Assembly: GCA_951406725.2 (NCBI GenBank)
Contig: OX597824.1
Coordinates: 80,538,001 to 80,602,000, forward strand
DNA length: 64,000 nt
Reading direction: 5' to 3'
Source of the DNA: Octopus vulgaris
Lineage: Eukaryota
Part shown: positions 14,173 to 28,887 of the stretch, one piece after another
How positions within the stretch are numbered: position 1 is the stretch's first letter
Layout: each line of letters opens with the position of its first letter
Program-made: the position numbers and the translations under genes
The notes under the pieces: generated by a model
Seen by the model: the letters and a program-made list of their open reading frames with translations, nothing else
Told to the model about the DNA's origin: nothing
The model's database searches: none

Positions 14173-14618
14173 GTGCTCAAATGCATCCTTATCTACGTTC
14201 CTGTGTTACATTAACTACAGCTTCAGAATATAAATCAGCGTATCTTTTTCTATGCAATTCTTTCAGTGAAAGGTGATTTGTATGTGTTGCAGAATTTTCT
14301 CTTAGGGTTTTCTCGAATTTTAATAGAGATGTCAGTATAACCGAAAGCCACCCCATTGAAAATTATCAACACAAAAGCAAAAAACGTTTCCGCATACTGT
14401 ATCAGAGGCTGAGACAGACTGGAAGAGTCAGTAAAGATTTATGCGGGAAAATTATCGCTTCAAGCAATTTGTAAAGGTATAATACACGGATACGATTCTT
14501 GAAGAAAGAAAAGATAAAATTAGAAAGGATTCGTGCTTTAATATTTGTATAAATACGTATCTCATGATGAAGATGCGTTAAATTCATTCTTCATCTTATT
14601 TAGATTACTCATATATAA

Positions 14619-14649
<31 letters not shown>

Positions 14650-14960
14650 CTCTTTCGCGCTTTTATTTGTTTCAGTCATTTCACAGCAGCCATCCTGAGT
14701 ACTACATTTAAAGGTTCTAGTCGAACAAAACCTCCTCAGGACTTAGTTTTTAAGCCTAGTACTTATTCTATCCGTCTGTTTTGCCGAACCGTTAAGTTGC
14801 GGGGGACTTAATCTCACCAACGCTACATGTAAAGCGGTGATGGAGGGGCCAAACACAGACACCAAGACACCCACATAGATATATACATACATACATACAC
14901 ACACTCCTACATACATACATGCATATATAAATACACACGCACACACACACACACACACAT

Positions 14961-15009
<49 letters not shown>

Positions 15010-15135
15010 AATATATATATACGACGGGTTTCTTTCAGCTTCCATCTCCCATGGCCTTAATCGGCCCGAGGCTGTAGTAAGAGACTGAACCTGGAAGCAT
15101 ATGGCTGGTCATCAAGCGTCTTACCACACAGCCAG
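14650..15135 (-). mobile_element. SINE family B, diverged
   Basis: Degenerate tail and head around a compound microsatellite. Confidence 0.7.
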
Positions 15136-15168
15136 ACAAACACACACACATATATACATATGAATATG

Positions 15169-15216
<48 letters not shown>

Positions 15217-15218
<2 letters not shown>

Positions 15219-15375
15219 AAGGGAAAGTTTACGAAAATACACAAAAGACGAAGACAGGTGGTGTACAAAGCAAACAGATGTATTAGTATAGCGCTCAGGA
15301 ATAGAAAAAGTATTTTACGTTTCGAGCCTACGCTCTTCTACAGAAAGGAACACAGAAAAAACAAGGAGAGAAACA
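15217..15375 (-). mobile_element. Short microsatellite-embedded repeat with a hammerhead-like motif (Penelope pLTR-like)
   Basis: The same sequence (gggaaagtttacgaaaa...ttttacgtttcgagcctacgctcttc) recurs at 29681, 34511 and 42620. Confidence 0.7.
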
Positions 15376-15513
15376 TATATGTATATATATATATATACAT
15401 ACATACAAAGATAGATAGATAGATAGGTAAATAGACAGACAGATAGATAGAGAAAGAGACAGACAGACAGATAAAAATTAGCACACAAAGACACACAAAT
15501 ATACACACACATG

Positions 15514-15548
<35 letters not shown>

Positions 15549-15652
15549 ATATATATAGACTTATATGTGTGTGCAAATTTTGCATATTCATACCTACGCC
15601 CAAGTACACATATACACGTTATATGTCATATATATAATATTTGTACATCATA

Positions 15653-15682
<30 letters not shown>

Positions 15683-15683
<1 letters not shown>

Positions 15684-15993
15684 TCTTTTACTTGTTTCAG
15701 TCATTTGACTGCGGCCATGCTGGAGCACCGCCTTTAATCGAGCAACTCGACCCCGGGACTTATTCTTTGTAAGCTTGGGGGACAAACACAGACACACAAA
15801 CACACAAACATACATATACATATACATATATACGACGGGATTCTTTCAGTTTCCGTCTACCAAATCCACTCACAAGGCTTTGGTCGGCCCGAGGCTATAG
15901 TAGAAGACACTTGCCCTAGGTGCCACGCAGTGGGACTGAACCCGTAACCATGTGGTTGGTAAACAAGCTACTTACCACACAGCCACTCCTACG

Positions 15994-15996
<3 letters not shown>
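15683..15996 (-). mobile_element. SINE family B with an internal deletion
   Basis: The tail joins directly to ggggacaaacac; the head is intact. Confidence 0.88.
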
Positions 15997-16065
<69 letters not shown>

Positions 16066-16066
16066 C

Positions 16067-16126
<60 letters not shown>

Positions 16127-16805
16127 CAAGCGTAAAAACACGCCTAGCTAGCTAATGGCACAAAATAACAGCTTCTGCTTACATATCTTAAGCAAGAAAC
16201 CATACTCATAAAATGAGCATAAAGACGTAATCTCCTGATTCCCATTAAATAAAATGAGGAAATGTAATAATGCTGTTGATGGAGCCGGAAGGTGGAAAGG
16301 AATTTCCTTATAAAAATAATTCTTTCTTTATATATGACAATGAAAATTTTTACGAGTGTTGGCTTCCAAGACTTTTTGCTTTTTGCTGCAACTATATACA
16401 TACATACATGCATGCATGCATGCATACATACATACATGCATACATACATACATACATACATACATACATACATACATACATACATGCATGCATACATACA
16501 TGCATACATGGATACATGCATACATGCATACATACATACATGCATACATACATGCATACATGCATACATACATACATACATATACACATACATGCATGCA
16601 TACATACATACATATATACATGGTTGCATACATGCGTACGTATATATATGTATATATACATTTATATATATATGCACATATATACATATATTTGTATATG
16701 TATATATATATATGTATATATTTATATATATTTATACATGTATACATATATGTATTATATTTATACATATATATATGTATTATATATATATGTATTATAT
16801 TTATG

Positions 16806-16853
<48 letters not shown>

Positions 16854-16896
16854 TTAAAAGCTATGCATATACGTATGCGCTAGTATATTCACGTAA

Positions 16897-16935
<39 letters not shown>

Positions 16936-17234
16936 CATATACATATACATATGTATAGATCCACACTAGACTAGTAAATAATGTTACTCGGAAGATAATG
17001 AACCTAGCTGGTGGTAAATTTGTTGAATAACAATCATTAAAATTCGGCATAAATTTATCATTTCTAACACAATGTGCATATTATTTGTCATGAATGCGTA
17101 CATTTCCCTTTTTATTTCTTGAAATATTTCTCAATATTTTTCAATAACCTACTTTCCTACTGTAATAAAAACCAACACAATGCCATGGCAGACCTGATAA
17201 TCATATTCTAATATGTATGTATGTATACATACAT

Positions 17235-17270
<36 letters not shown>

Positions 17271-18092
17271 GCATATGAAATTTTTATTGATATATCATAT
17301 ATTACGAAATATATGGATAATGTGGATGAGGTGTGCTATAAGCACCCCTCCCTCGTACCATTTTAATTTTCAATATTTTTAGAATTTTTTTTCGGTTCTA
17401 CGTTTCAAATATTGCAGATTACCATTGCGTGCAGAAAAACGAAATGAAATTCACAAATTCAATTATTTTTTCAATTACTTCTCCTCTGAGTTAGTTTTCA
17501 ACCAAATCTACATCTTGTAACCCTAAAAGCCTAACCTTATACCCTACATTACACCTTAAACCTAACCCTAAGCCTAAACCCTTAAACCTTACCGCAAATA
17601 GAATTACTCCTTACAGGATAGTATAATCTCATTTTTTATGCATTCAATTAAAAAAATAGAGAAAAAAATACTGAAAACAAAAAATTTATTTCTGGTTTTG
17701 TATTCCAAAAGTAAATTTATAAAATTATTTTTTGAGAACCACAAAAAAGTTTTCTCCAAAGACAAAAATAAATGAGTTAGGCAGGTGGGGGTTCATACAA
17801 CTACATAATATATCTATGTAGTTAAATTCATATATAATTTATCTAAAATACACATTGTTTAATAAAGGAGTTGAAATGTTTGTGCCGTTTCTAACCACGA
17901 AGTTCCAAGTTCTATCCATTTGACATCGTCGGAAACGCTTATACAACATCACGATCAACCATCTACAAGATGCCCTCCTTGTTTCCAGACATTGCCTTCC
18001 AATGATTCTCTAATTATTACGGTTCTCTGCCACATGCATACAATCAGCCAAATTCATGTTTCCAGTTCAATCCTAGATGTATACATTTGACC

Positions 18093-18481
18093 GTGGAGGT
18101 GCAATGGCCCAGTGGTTAGGGCAGCGGACTCGCGGTCATAGGATCGCGGTTTCGATTCACAGACCGGGCGTTGTGAGTGTTTATTGATGGAAAAACATCT
18201 AAAAGCTCCACGAGGCTCCGGCAGGGGATGGTGGTGATCCTTGCTGCACTCTTTCACCACAACTTTCTCTCACTCTTACTTCCTGTTTCTGTTGTGCCTG
18301 TATTTCAAGGGGCCGGCTTTGTCACTCTCTGTGTCACGCTGAATATCCCCGAGAACGACGTTAAGGGTACACGTGTCTGTGGAGTGCTCAGCCACTTACA
18401 CGCTAATTTCACGAGCAGGCTGTTCCGTTGATTCGGATCAACCGGAACCCTCATCGTCGTAACCGACGGAGTGCTTCCACC
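18093..18481 (+). mobile_element. SINE family C (tRNA-like head), full length
   Basis: A box tggcccagtgg, B box ggtttcgattc, and a 12 bp TSD atacatttgacc (18081, 18482). Confidence 0.93.
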
Positions 18482-18711
18482 ATACATTTGACCAAACTAG
18501 AATTACTTACAATGTATTTAGTGAGTAATGAGTGTAACTGAGGTTTTTAGTAACAAAGACGTATTACTCAAATATGGAAAATCTTGCCTTTCACAATATG
18601 GAAACGTTTCTCGTCTTTCCGCAAACAACTTTGACAGCTTTTTACTTTCTTCCTCTCAACAATTCATGTCAGAAGGCTTCTTTGGCAGTGATTTGTATTG
18701 CCTTGAAAAAG

Positions 18712-19014
18712 TACCTAGATCTGCACATATCACAAATCTCCCATAAGTATAAGACTTTCAGAAATGGAATGACAAATGAGGTCACTATATAGAGGTATCT
18801 ATATATCATTGAAGTACGGTGAGAAACGCTTGTACAACACGAGTATCGTTCTCTCAATCCCCGTGATTAGTACCTAGGGGTAAGCAGACGTGAGAGGAAC
18901 AGTAATCACATTAAACCATGGTGTCCCTCTCCTAGAACGAAGCTACGGTTTCTGTGTAAGATTTTAAAGTGCATCCATTAGCGGGGCCTCGTTCGTGAGT
19001 TCCACCTTTTAAAG
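18712..19014. repeat. ~300 bp dispersed repeat, second copy at ~21375-21685
   Basis: agatctgcacat...ttcgtgag.tccaccttttaaag aligns in both places in the same orientation. Confidence 0.8.
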
Positions 19015-19577
19015 TGCTATGTGGACTTGATCCTCGACAACAGATGTCTTTGGACTTTCGGCTTTTCTTGTACTGTAAAATACGTCATCCTGCCTTTGCA
19101 GATTATCTTACTAATCTGCGAAAGATTCACATCTCAAAGGCTTCAGTTCCTTCATAGCTGTGCATATCATCCAGGTGTCAGTACCGTAAAGGCACTTGAC
19201 ATAATATAACAGCTTACAAGCCTCAATTTTAGATGGCCGTGTTAGTTTTTGAGGTGAAGATCTGTTTCATTCTCATAAATGTTGTTTTAACCTTATATAT
19301 TCTAAGCAACTTCTTAACAGCAATCTTTCCGATTTATCATTTCTCCAACATATTTCAGATTGCTTTTGGTTCAAGCTTCTATTCATCTGCCTTTAATATT
19401 TGTTTCTTTTGTTCTGTCTTTCTTTTGCGTTCATACTTAGATCTTTCTTATTATGTCACTTTGCTATCTTCCAATAACGCTGAATCATCAGCTTATCTCA
19501 CAATGTTTATGTGCATGCAATTGACGGTAACTCCTTTGATATCTAACTCTGAATATATTCTATGTATAGATATTAAA

Positions 19578-19620
<43 letters not shown>

Positions 19621-20140
19621 CTGAAGTTGTCTGTGCGTGGCAGGTTTGGTTGCCTTCAACTAACACTATCTCCTCGAAGACCCTGCGACGCAAGTTGACC
19701 AAAATTGAAAGTATGATAGAAGAAGGCTTGCTCTTTCTTTCGTAGAAGATAAAATTCAAATCGAACCAGGTTAAGACCAAAAATTATTTACATCAAACAG
19801 GTGCTTTTTTCTCTAAAAATCCCTATTTTTTACGATTTTTTTGATAACTGTGTCGCCATTTTTCGGTGTATTTCAACCAGAAAAATGTTCATTTAAAGAG
19901 AATAATAAGCTACATGAGGCAACATTTTCACTTTTTAAAATTTCAATTCTAAAGGGTCGAAACAAACCCGAGCAACGCCGGGCGATACTGTTAGTATGAT
20001 GATAATACAGATCCTTCTTTGGCGTTTCATCGTTCCAGGAAAATGTTCGCTTGTCTCCTGGTTTACTTGATGTTTGGTTTGCACGGTGGCACTGAAGCAT
20101 GGCTTTGGTCGGAGTAAAATTACTATTATTTTTTCATCTG
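19000..20140 (-). pseudogene. Decayed RTE-clade LINE ORF (RT region), split by a Helitron
   Basis: Minus-strand fragments read GSVLSS..FNIYT*NIFR, DIKGVTVNCMHINIVR*ADDSALLEDS (the YADD region) and LYGTDTW...EAFEM. Confidence 0.75.
19578..19994 (+). mobile_element. Non-autonomous Helitron, second family
   Basis: A|TC start; ends caaacccgagcaacgccgggcgatactgTTAG|T, the same 3' hairpin as 44614-45000 but with a different interior. Confidence 0.85.
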
Positions 20141-20609
20141 AAATACTACTACATCTGTTCCTTTTCTCTTCTTTATTTTCCTTTCATTTTCCTTTCATTT
20201 CACTTCTTTTCTTCATGAGATACACTACACTCTACACTTACGCATCGGTTAGAATTATCTTTTTTAAATTCAGTTAAAACTTTTCGATATTGAATAATAG
20301 AATTTCAACTGTCATAAGAATCGATTCCCCTGGCAATGAAAATTAATATATTGAATCAATTTCAAAGTATAACTATTTTAAGAGCAAAATGGAATAGAAC
20401 TACGCAACAGTTTGAACAATATAAAGAAACGAAGACAAAATCAGAAACGGTACAAAATTTAGAATAATTTTATTTTAAAATACACAACATATATATGTAG
20501 TAACATTATGGAAACATTGGACAAAATTGTTTTAAAAGTAAGATAATGATATCATCGTACTATTTGATAAATCTCTTGTTACAACAGCATCCATATATCT
20601 ATATATATA

Positions 20610-20669
<60 letters not shown>

Positions 20670-20776
20670 GTATATAAATACAGTTTGGTGACGCAAAAAG
20701 GAAAAATACAACTCAAAGCACGAGTGTATATATATATGTGTGTGTGTGTGTGTATATATATATATGTATATATATG

Positions 20777-20823
<47 letters not shown>

Positions 20824-20890
20824 TTGTGTGTATATATATGTATATATATATAGGGTTAGGGCTAGGGTTATATATATATATATACATACA

Positions 20891-20960
<70 letters not shown>

Positions 20961-21029
20961 GATTTATTGATAGATAGATAGTTATATGCGTACATACACA
21001 CACACTCACATACACATATGGAGATTTCC

Positions 21030-21240
21030 CCATAATCACAGATCATTTCCGACTCTCTGGGCTTCTTGTTCTCAGTAACATTTCTGACTTTCCGTCCGTG
21101 ACCTCTCAGATGACAGTTAAATCCTGTTAAACATCTGCAGAATTTGAAGCATGAGTGAGAGACGGAAGGTTTAATCTCCACTGGAGGGATGTGACAGGAA
21201 ATGGCTTGTGAACCCTCTCTTGTACTTTTTAGAAATTTGG
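21030..21240 (-). pseudogene. Possible RTE-type ORF C-terminal fragment
   Basis: HSCFKFCRCLTGFNCHLRGH resembles the C-terminal zinc-finger motif of RTE ORFs. Confidence 0.4.
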
Positions 21241-21776
21241 ATGGGCAGTGCTCTCCCTGAAAAGGGCAGCTTAGTCACAAGAACATCTAACGGGGTTGAT
21301 CCCTGTCAACGATGCTAGTGGAAGAGTCCTGCTACCTATGTACACATTTTTAACTATTTGTTTTTTTACTGGTTAGATCTGCACATGTCACAACTCCCCC
21401 ATAAGTATAAGACTTGCAGAAATGGAATGACAAATGAGGTCACCATATAGAGATATCTGTATATCATTGTATTACGGTGAGAAGCGCTTGTACAACACGA
21501 GTATAACTCAGCCAGTCTCCGTAATTAGTATCTAGAGGTAAGCAGACGTGAGATGAACAGTAATCACATTAAACTATACTTGTTACAAGAGAGTGTCCCT
21601 CTCCCAGAACGAAGCTACGGTTTCTGGGTAAGATTTTAAAGTGCATCCAGTAGTAGAGCCTCGTTCGTGAGCTCCACCTTTTAAAGAACTTTAAATACAT
21701 GTACATACATGCGTATACACACACACCCACACTCACAAATACACACACACACACACACACACATACACTCACACAG

Positions 21777-22120
<344 letters not shown>

Positions 22121-22255
22121 AGGTGACAGTGATGTAATCTCAATTACTTATACGCCATAGAAAATTGGTTAATTTTCGGCACCATTGGTCTTGGGGCACA
22201 TGTAAGACCTAAGAATGGAGCGTTAATAGACAAGAGTTAATACGATGCAAAGCAA

Positions 22256-22490
22256 ATGCACGAGACAGTTATTTTTCTACAAAAATATGGCTTACATCGT
22301 ATTTCACTTTGTTCTACTTGTAGTGAAGTTGTAAAATTCAGCGAAAACCCGCACCCTGCAGATGGATACACGTGGAGATATCCCTGAAAGAATTTATTGC
22401 TGGAAGTTTTTATTGTGTATTTGTGGTTCCAAGGAAATTCGTCTCTTGTACAAGTTATTGAGTTCGTGTATTATTGAATGTGTGACATGA
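22256..22490 (+). pseudogene. Possible Merlin (IS1595/ISXO2-like) transposase N-terminal remnant
   Basis: Reads MHETVIFLQKYGLHRISLCSTCSEVVKFSENPHPADGYTWRYP*, then ..GSF..SLVQVIEFVYY*, fitting the FLQxxGL..CxxC..DGxxWRC pattern. Confidence 0.5.
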
Positions 22491-22504
22491 TGAACATTAA
22501 AATC

Positions 22505-22716
22505 CTTTATACTATAGGCACAACGCCTGAAATGTTTTTTATGGTGAGGGGCTAGTCAATTACATCGATCCCAGTGTGTAACTGGTACTTATTTCATCGA
22601 CCCCAAAAGGATAAAAAGTCGACCTCGGCACAGTTTGAACTCGGAACACAAGGACGGACGAAATGCTGCCGAGCATTTTGCCAGGCGTGCAAAATGATTC
22701 TGCCAGCTCGCTGCCG
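22505..22716 (-). mobile_element. SINE family A, diverged, with alternative tail
   Basis: Contains gtcgacctcggc..tttgaactc..tgccagctcgctgcc. Confidence 0.75.
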
Positions 22717-22731
22717 TATGAGCATTAAAAT

Positions 22732-23119
22732 GGATGGAAGCACTCCGTCGGTTACGACGACGAGGGTTCCGGTTGATCCGATCAACGGAACAGCCTGCTC
22801 GTGAAATTAATGTGTAAGTGGCTGAGCACTCCACAGACACGTGTACCCGTAACGTAGTTCTCGGGGATATTCAGCGTGACACAGAGAGTGACAAGGCCGG
22901 CCCTTTGAAATACAGGTACAACAGAAACAGGAAGTAAGAGTGAGAGAAAGATGTGGTGAAAGAGTACAGCAGGGATCACCACCATCCCCTGCCTGGAGCC
23001 TCGTGGAGCTTTAGGCGTTTTCGTTCAATAAACACTCACAACGCCCGGTCTGGGAATCGAAACCGCGATCCTACGACCGCGAGTCCGCTGTCCTAACCAC
23101 TGGGCCATTGCGTCTCCAC
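22732..23119 (-). mobile_element. SINE family C, full length
   Basis: Reverse complement of the 18093 copy, with a 12 bp TSD gagcattaaaat (22720, 23120). Confidence 0.93.
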
Positions 23120-24669
23120 GAGCATTAAAATAATAGCTCATTAAAATACTTTGACCTTTGTCGGCAAAGGAAAAATACGTTTATTTATCTATCTATTTAT
23201 TTTTTATTTGGAAAACCCCTACTTATTTCATATATCATATCGGGAAAGAAAAGGGGATGATCACTTCTAGAAGGTTTAGAAGAAAGTTGTGTTCTACGCT
23301 GGAGGATTTGGTGCAAGGTCATGCACAGCTTGGTACTGCGTCGACTCATATCCCCGTTGAAAAACCCCTGATATTAAAGTGTTAAACGTTTATGCTATGC
23401 AAATCAGTGACTCCCGTTTTCCCTAACTTCTTCCTGGATTTCTTGAGTATACAAACAGATTGTCTGCTTGTTTCTCAGGGATTGGTCTGTTTGATATAGA
23501 CAACTCTGATGAGAATGTAATAAGGCTCGAAAATCGAACAAGGCTGTCCATCTTTTTTTTCAATCTACAGAGAAATTGGTAGATTTGCCCTGTTCATGTA
23601 TCTACTACATAGGTTACATACATACATACACTCATACATACATACATAGATACATACATACATACATACATACATACATACATACATACATACATACATA
23701 CATTCAAGCATAGATACATACGAACATACGTGCGTACACACGTTTGAAAGGCTAGTTATAAATATGAAGCCACTCAAATTTAAGGACTTAAGATAGGTTA
23801 AACGCTATGAATAATATTTGAACGTATTAAGTTATAATATATGTGATTCGTTACAAATAGCCATATGTTTCGTTCTGTACAAGTCTTTAAACGAATCGTT
23901 TGAAAAATCGAAACATATGACCATCTGTAACGAATTACATTTATTTGGATGTAATATGTAATGAAAAACAAAGATACAAATAAGCAGATATATAATTGCG
24001 ACCTACTTGCTACATCAACCAGATCTCCATCTAATCACAGCTATCATCTTTATAAAAATGAAAGGAAGGACATACTTGATAAAGCAATCCTAAATATATC
24101 TGAAAAAAAAAAGAGATTTTTGTCATAGCTGGAACACATTGGATAATAGATCTGGTGAATCAGAACTGACCTTGAGGTTAAAGAACAACAACAATAATAA
24201 AATACGACTGAAACCAAGCTACTTCCTCTACAGTTCTGCTAGCTTACCACTACAGCTATTTATGATATCCTCCACTAACTTTGGTCAGGCATAAACAGAT
24301 GGGAACATTACATATTTTTACGAGGCCATAAAATGAAATCGCCTCCAATGGGAGGCGATGAAATTTTTCGAATGCAGATGGCGCAGCAAATTTTCATATC
24401 GTGTCGATTTTCTTTGAAGTCGAAGTACTTAATATCAATCATTACGGCAATTAATTAACCCTTTGCTCTCATAATGGCTGTTGATAGATGCTGGTTCAAT
24501 ACTATAAAGACAACTTACTGCCTTTGCATTTCTAGAAGTTTCCATCAATCACTTACTTGTTTTAATGTTTCTACATCATATCGCTTTAATATATTTCTCC
24601 CTTCTCCCTTTCTAATTTTCCCTGTTTCTTTCATTTTCATTCACCACCGCCATTTTCTCCCGCTTTCTA

Positions 24670-24710
<41 letters not shown>

Positions 24711-25403
24711 CATATATATATATGAATAGAGAGAAAGAGAGAGAGTAATGTATACGCACTTATACACATATACACACACATGAAATTTACAAAATTTATG
24801 ATTTTACTTTGAATACGCGTTTATGTGTTTAAGTGAATGAACATGTCACTCTCTCTTGCTTTCCTCCTCTTTCTCTCTCCTCCTCTTTTTGTCTTTATCT
24901 CTCCCTTTCACCCAGACAATCATACAAACATGTCTTCTCCCTCTCTTTCCCACCTTCCTCTCACACATGCACATGACATAAAAATTTATTTGCTAATAAC
25001 TAATATATATATAAATCATAAAAGTATATAAATTACATAATTCTAATTATATGAACGATAAACATAAATTATAAATTCTACATTTTCAGCCTCATATTCT
25101 TTGTTTAATCTGACATTATTAGATCAGAATATAAAACAAGAACGGAGGAAGGCGGGTGGTGAATTGGCAGACTCGTTAGCGCATCGGGTAAAATGAATTG
25201 TGGTGTTTAGTTATTGCTTTTTATGTTCGGAGTTCAAATGAAGCCCAGGTCGACTTGACGTATCATCACTCTGGGGTCAATAGAATAATTACCATTTGAG
25301 TACTGAGGTAGATATATTCTCGACTGGGTTTCCCAACACCAGAGTAAAATTTTAAGAAAGGCTTACTGAGATACTGCGGTGGCTACCATTAAAAACTGAA
25401 CGC

Positions 25404-25630
25404 ATTTCTTTATTACCCACAAGGGGCTAAATATAGAGGGGACAAACAAGGATAGGCATAGGTATTAAGTCGATTACATCGACCCCAGTGCGTAAATGGT
25501 ACTTAATTTATCGACCCCGAAAGGATGAAAGGCAGAGTCGACCTCGGCGGAATTTGAACTCACAACGTAACGATAGACGAAATACGGCTACGCATTTCGC
25601 CCGGCGTCCTAACGTTTCTGTCAGCTCGCC
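25404..25630 (-). mobile_element. SINE family A
   Basis: Complete body and tail. An older plus-strand copy lies at ~25150-25330. Confidence 0.88.
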
Positions 25631-26327
25631 TGAACGGTCGTACCAATTGACAGTGTGGTTAAGAATTTCGCTTCATAAGGACATAGCTCAAGGTTCGATA
25701 CACTTCAGTCTCCTTTTATTTTTATTAATTACTTACTAGGTCTAGTGGTTGTACTCATAGCCTTTACTGGTCCTCTGAGACCGGTGAGAATGACGCTATT
25801 AATGTGAAATTTGAATATTAATTATATTCAGCACGTACAAAAGACATGAGCTGTTAGGAGATTCCTGGGAGTCGGGCTTCTGAGAAGAACTGGGCGTAGG
25901 GAATAATGTGTTCGGAGAATTAGACATAACAGGAGTGATGAAAGGAGGAGAGAGGATTAGGACTAGGATGCTTGACTGGAGAAGGCATAAACCCAAACAT
26001 TTTCAAGCAGCACAGGCCATTAAAGAAGTAATATCCTGGTAAAGTATATTATATCCTAGCCTCGGCTCAATCTGATCCTTATGAGGGAAATTTTGTAGTC
26101 ATGGGCTGAGAGAGCTAATGACTCGATGAATGGAGTAATGGGATTCCAACAGATAGGTCAGTAGTTCGTGTCGGGTCTGCAGCACTACGTTGCGCTAGTA
26201 GCTTTAACAGCTAAATCACAGAACCACTCAGTACACCAGCCTGTAAATAGGTTTCGTGTTCGATTTGTCCCACAAGAAATCGATAGTTAACCACCTCTGG
26301 GATATACGAAGAAAATCAGGAGTAGAA

Positions 26328-26482
26328 AGGCAGGCCTGGCAGTGTGGTAAGAAGATTGCTTCTCAACCAGATTGTTCCGGGTTCAGTCCCACTATGTGAC
26401 ACCTTGTGTAAGTGTCTCCTACTTTAACCTCGGGTCAACCAAAGCCTCACGAATGGATTTGGGAACTGAAGGACGACCGTCG

Positions 26483-26554
<72 letters not shown>

Positions 26555-26569
26555 CATCTCTCTATCTCA

Positions 26570-26659
<90 letters not shown>

Positions 26660-26900
26660 GTCTGTCTGCCTGGCTGTCTGTCTGTCTTTATCTGTACCTA
26701 CGTTTGTCCCTCACCACTACTACTTGATAATCGGTGTTGGTGTGTTTGTATCCCCGTAACGTAGGCAAAAGAGATCGATAGAATAAGCGCTAGGCTTAAA
26801 AAGCAAGTACTGGGATCGATTCATTCGACTTCAAATTCTTCGAGGCATTGCTGCAGCAAGGCCAAAATCTAATGTCTGAATCAATGCAAAGAGAAAAGAC
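26328..26900 (+). mobile_element. SINE family B, diverged, with internal (CTAT)n
   Basis: Head ggttcagtcccac..accttgtgtaagtgtc and tail agagatcgatagaataag are recognisable. Confidence 0.7.
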
Positions 26901-27286
26901 CATCAACAATATAAAAGCTACCAACGAACAAACGCATGAATGGAAACCCAATGCATTGATTGAAGTTGTTGATTCCTCTCACTTGTGACGTCAATTTGTT
27001 TAACCAATAAAAAGAAAATAACGTTAAAAAAAAGACTTATTTATCTTATAGTTAAATCATAGTATGCAATAAGTTAACAGCGTTAACTGAAATTCACAGA
27101 CATTATTGTCAAGAATATGGTGTAATGTAATTTAAAGTTCAGAGAACGTAATCTAATATTGCAAATTAATGAATTGAAAGAATTACATTCTCCGTAATTA
27201 TTAAGTAAACGAATGTAATATCGAACTGCTTGTTCATTCGTAGGCATATACGGTATGTTGCTTCGCTGGGTATTGTTCGGATTCCT

Positions 27287-27680
27287 CGTGGAGGCGCAAT
27301 GGCACAATGGCCCAGTGGTTAGGGCAGCGGACTCGCGGTCGTAGGATCGCGGTTTCGATTCCCAGACCGGGCGTTGTGAGTGTTTATTGAGCGAAAACAC
27401 CTAAAGCTCCACGAGGCTCCGGCAGGGGATGGTGGTGATCCCTGCTGTACTCTTTCACCACAACTTTCTCTCACTCTTACTTCCTGTTTCTGTTGTACCT
27501 GTATTTCAAAGGGCCGGCCTTGTCACTCTCTGTGTCACGCTGAATATACCCGAGAACTACGTTAAGGGTACACGTGTCTGTGGAGTGCTCAGCCACTTAC
27601 ACGTTAATTTCACGAGCAGGCTGTTCTGTTGATCGGATCAACCGGAACCCTCGTCGTCGTAACCGACGGAGTGCTTCCTC
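27287..27680 (+). mobile_element. SINE family C flanked by 225 bp direct repeats
   Basis: Full SINE; flanks 27061-27285 and 27681-27905 are near-identical. Confidence 0.93.
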
Positions 27681-28887
27681 AGTATGCAATAATTTAACAG
27701 CGTTAACTGAAATTCACAGACGTTATTGTCAAGAATATGGTGTAATGAAATTTAAAGTTCAGAGAACGTAATCTAATATTGCAAATTAAGGAATTTAAAG
27801 AATTACATTCTCCGTAATTATTAAGTAAACGAATGTAATATCGAACTGCTTGTTCATTCGTCAGCATATACGGTATGTTGCTTCGCTGGGTATTGTTCGG
27901 ATTCCCAATATTAAAACAGTTACTTTGTAACTTCTGCTGATTGCAATATAATTTTTTCTTCTCTAGGCACAAGGCCCGAGATTTTGGAGGAGGGGGCCAG
28001 TCGATTAGATGGACTTAAGTAGGCAACTGGTGCTTAATTTATCGACCCCGAAAGGATGAAAGGCGCATATGGCCGATGTTATCCATAGTGTGTCTGGTAT
28101 TTGATGAACATTATTGATAATGAGTTGTGTTACCCTCTGGCCAAGGTAGCTGGGTATCATTGTTAGCTCATCTGAATGAAGAGTTAGCGTTGAGAATTGT
28201 TTTGCTAACTCTTCATTTTGATAAACTACCTGTACGTGGGCAAACTTGTTCGACCAAGTTACATACTCTTTGTATCCCCAGATGAGGCGAAGGCATTTTT
28301 CGATTTTGTCTGTGTTTGCTTTTTCTGGACTTTTAGTTGTGTTGTTTATTATTTTATATATAATTGTTTTCTGTTTTCGTCATCCAGTACGTGTTGTGGT
28401 ATGTATAATTGCGCTTTGCTGTTTTCTTTGGTGATTAGGGCTTTGGTATCTTGTATCTGCTGTGCAGTAAACGATACTATTGTCTTTTTTTCGTTTATCG
28501 CCTCGGCGACGTTTGTTGTTGTTTTGTTATTGTTGTTCATACTGGTGGTGGTGGTGTTGATGGCAAGGGTGAAGGCTGTGGGTATATTAGGTGTATGGTT
28601 GCTGATTATGCAACTAGCAAGGGGTGGAAAATTGTCTGCATAATTTGCCCTTGCGTTTGAGCAAATTTCGGCAATTCGTTTGGTAGTCGCAGCTTTTTCT
28701 TTCTCTCCTTCAGTTGTTGGTGGTGGAGGGAGCAATGGCTGAAGGGAATTGTTGTTGTTGTTATTGTTGTCATTGTCGTTCTTGGTGGCGGCGGTGGTGT
28801 TAGTGGCAAGGGAGGCAGCCGTAGTAGCAGATATTGAAGTGGTGGCATTGGTATTGACGACACGGTCTTTGGTGGCGGTAATGGTGA

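Noticed and set aside
17515-17592. Telomere-like CCCTAA repeats
   Set aside because: Short and highly degenerate; more likely internal to an old DNA element whose ends I cannot define.
18093-18170. tRNA gene
   Set aside because: It is the tRNA-like head of a multi-copy SINE with a TSD; no complete acceptor stem.
23500-23545. CTGATGA...GAAA motifs here and at 10492 and 12265
   Set aside because: Stems or the cleavage site are missing, so these are at best dead remnants.
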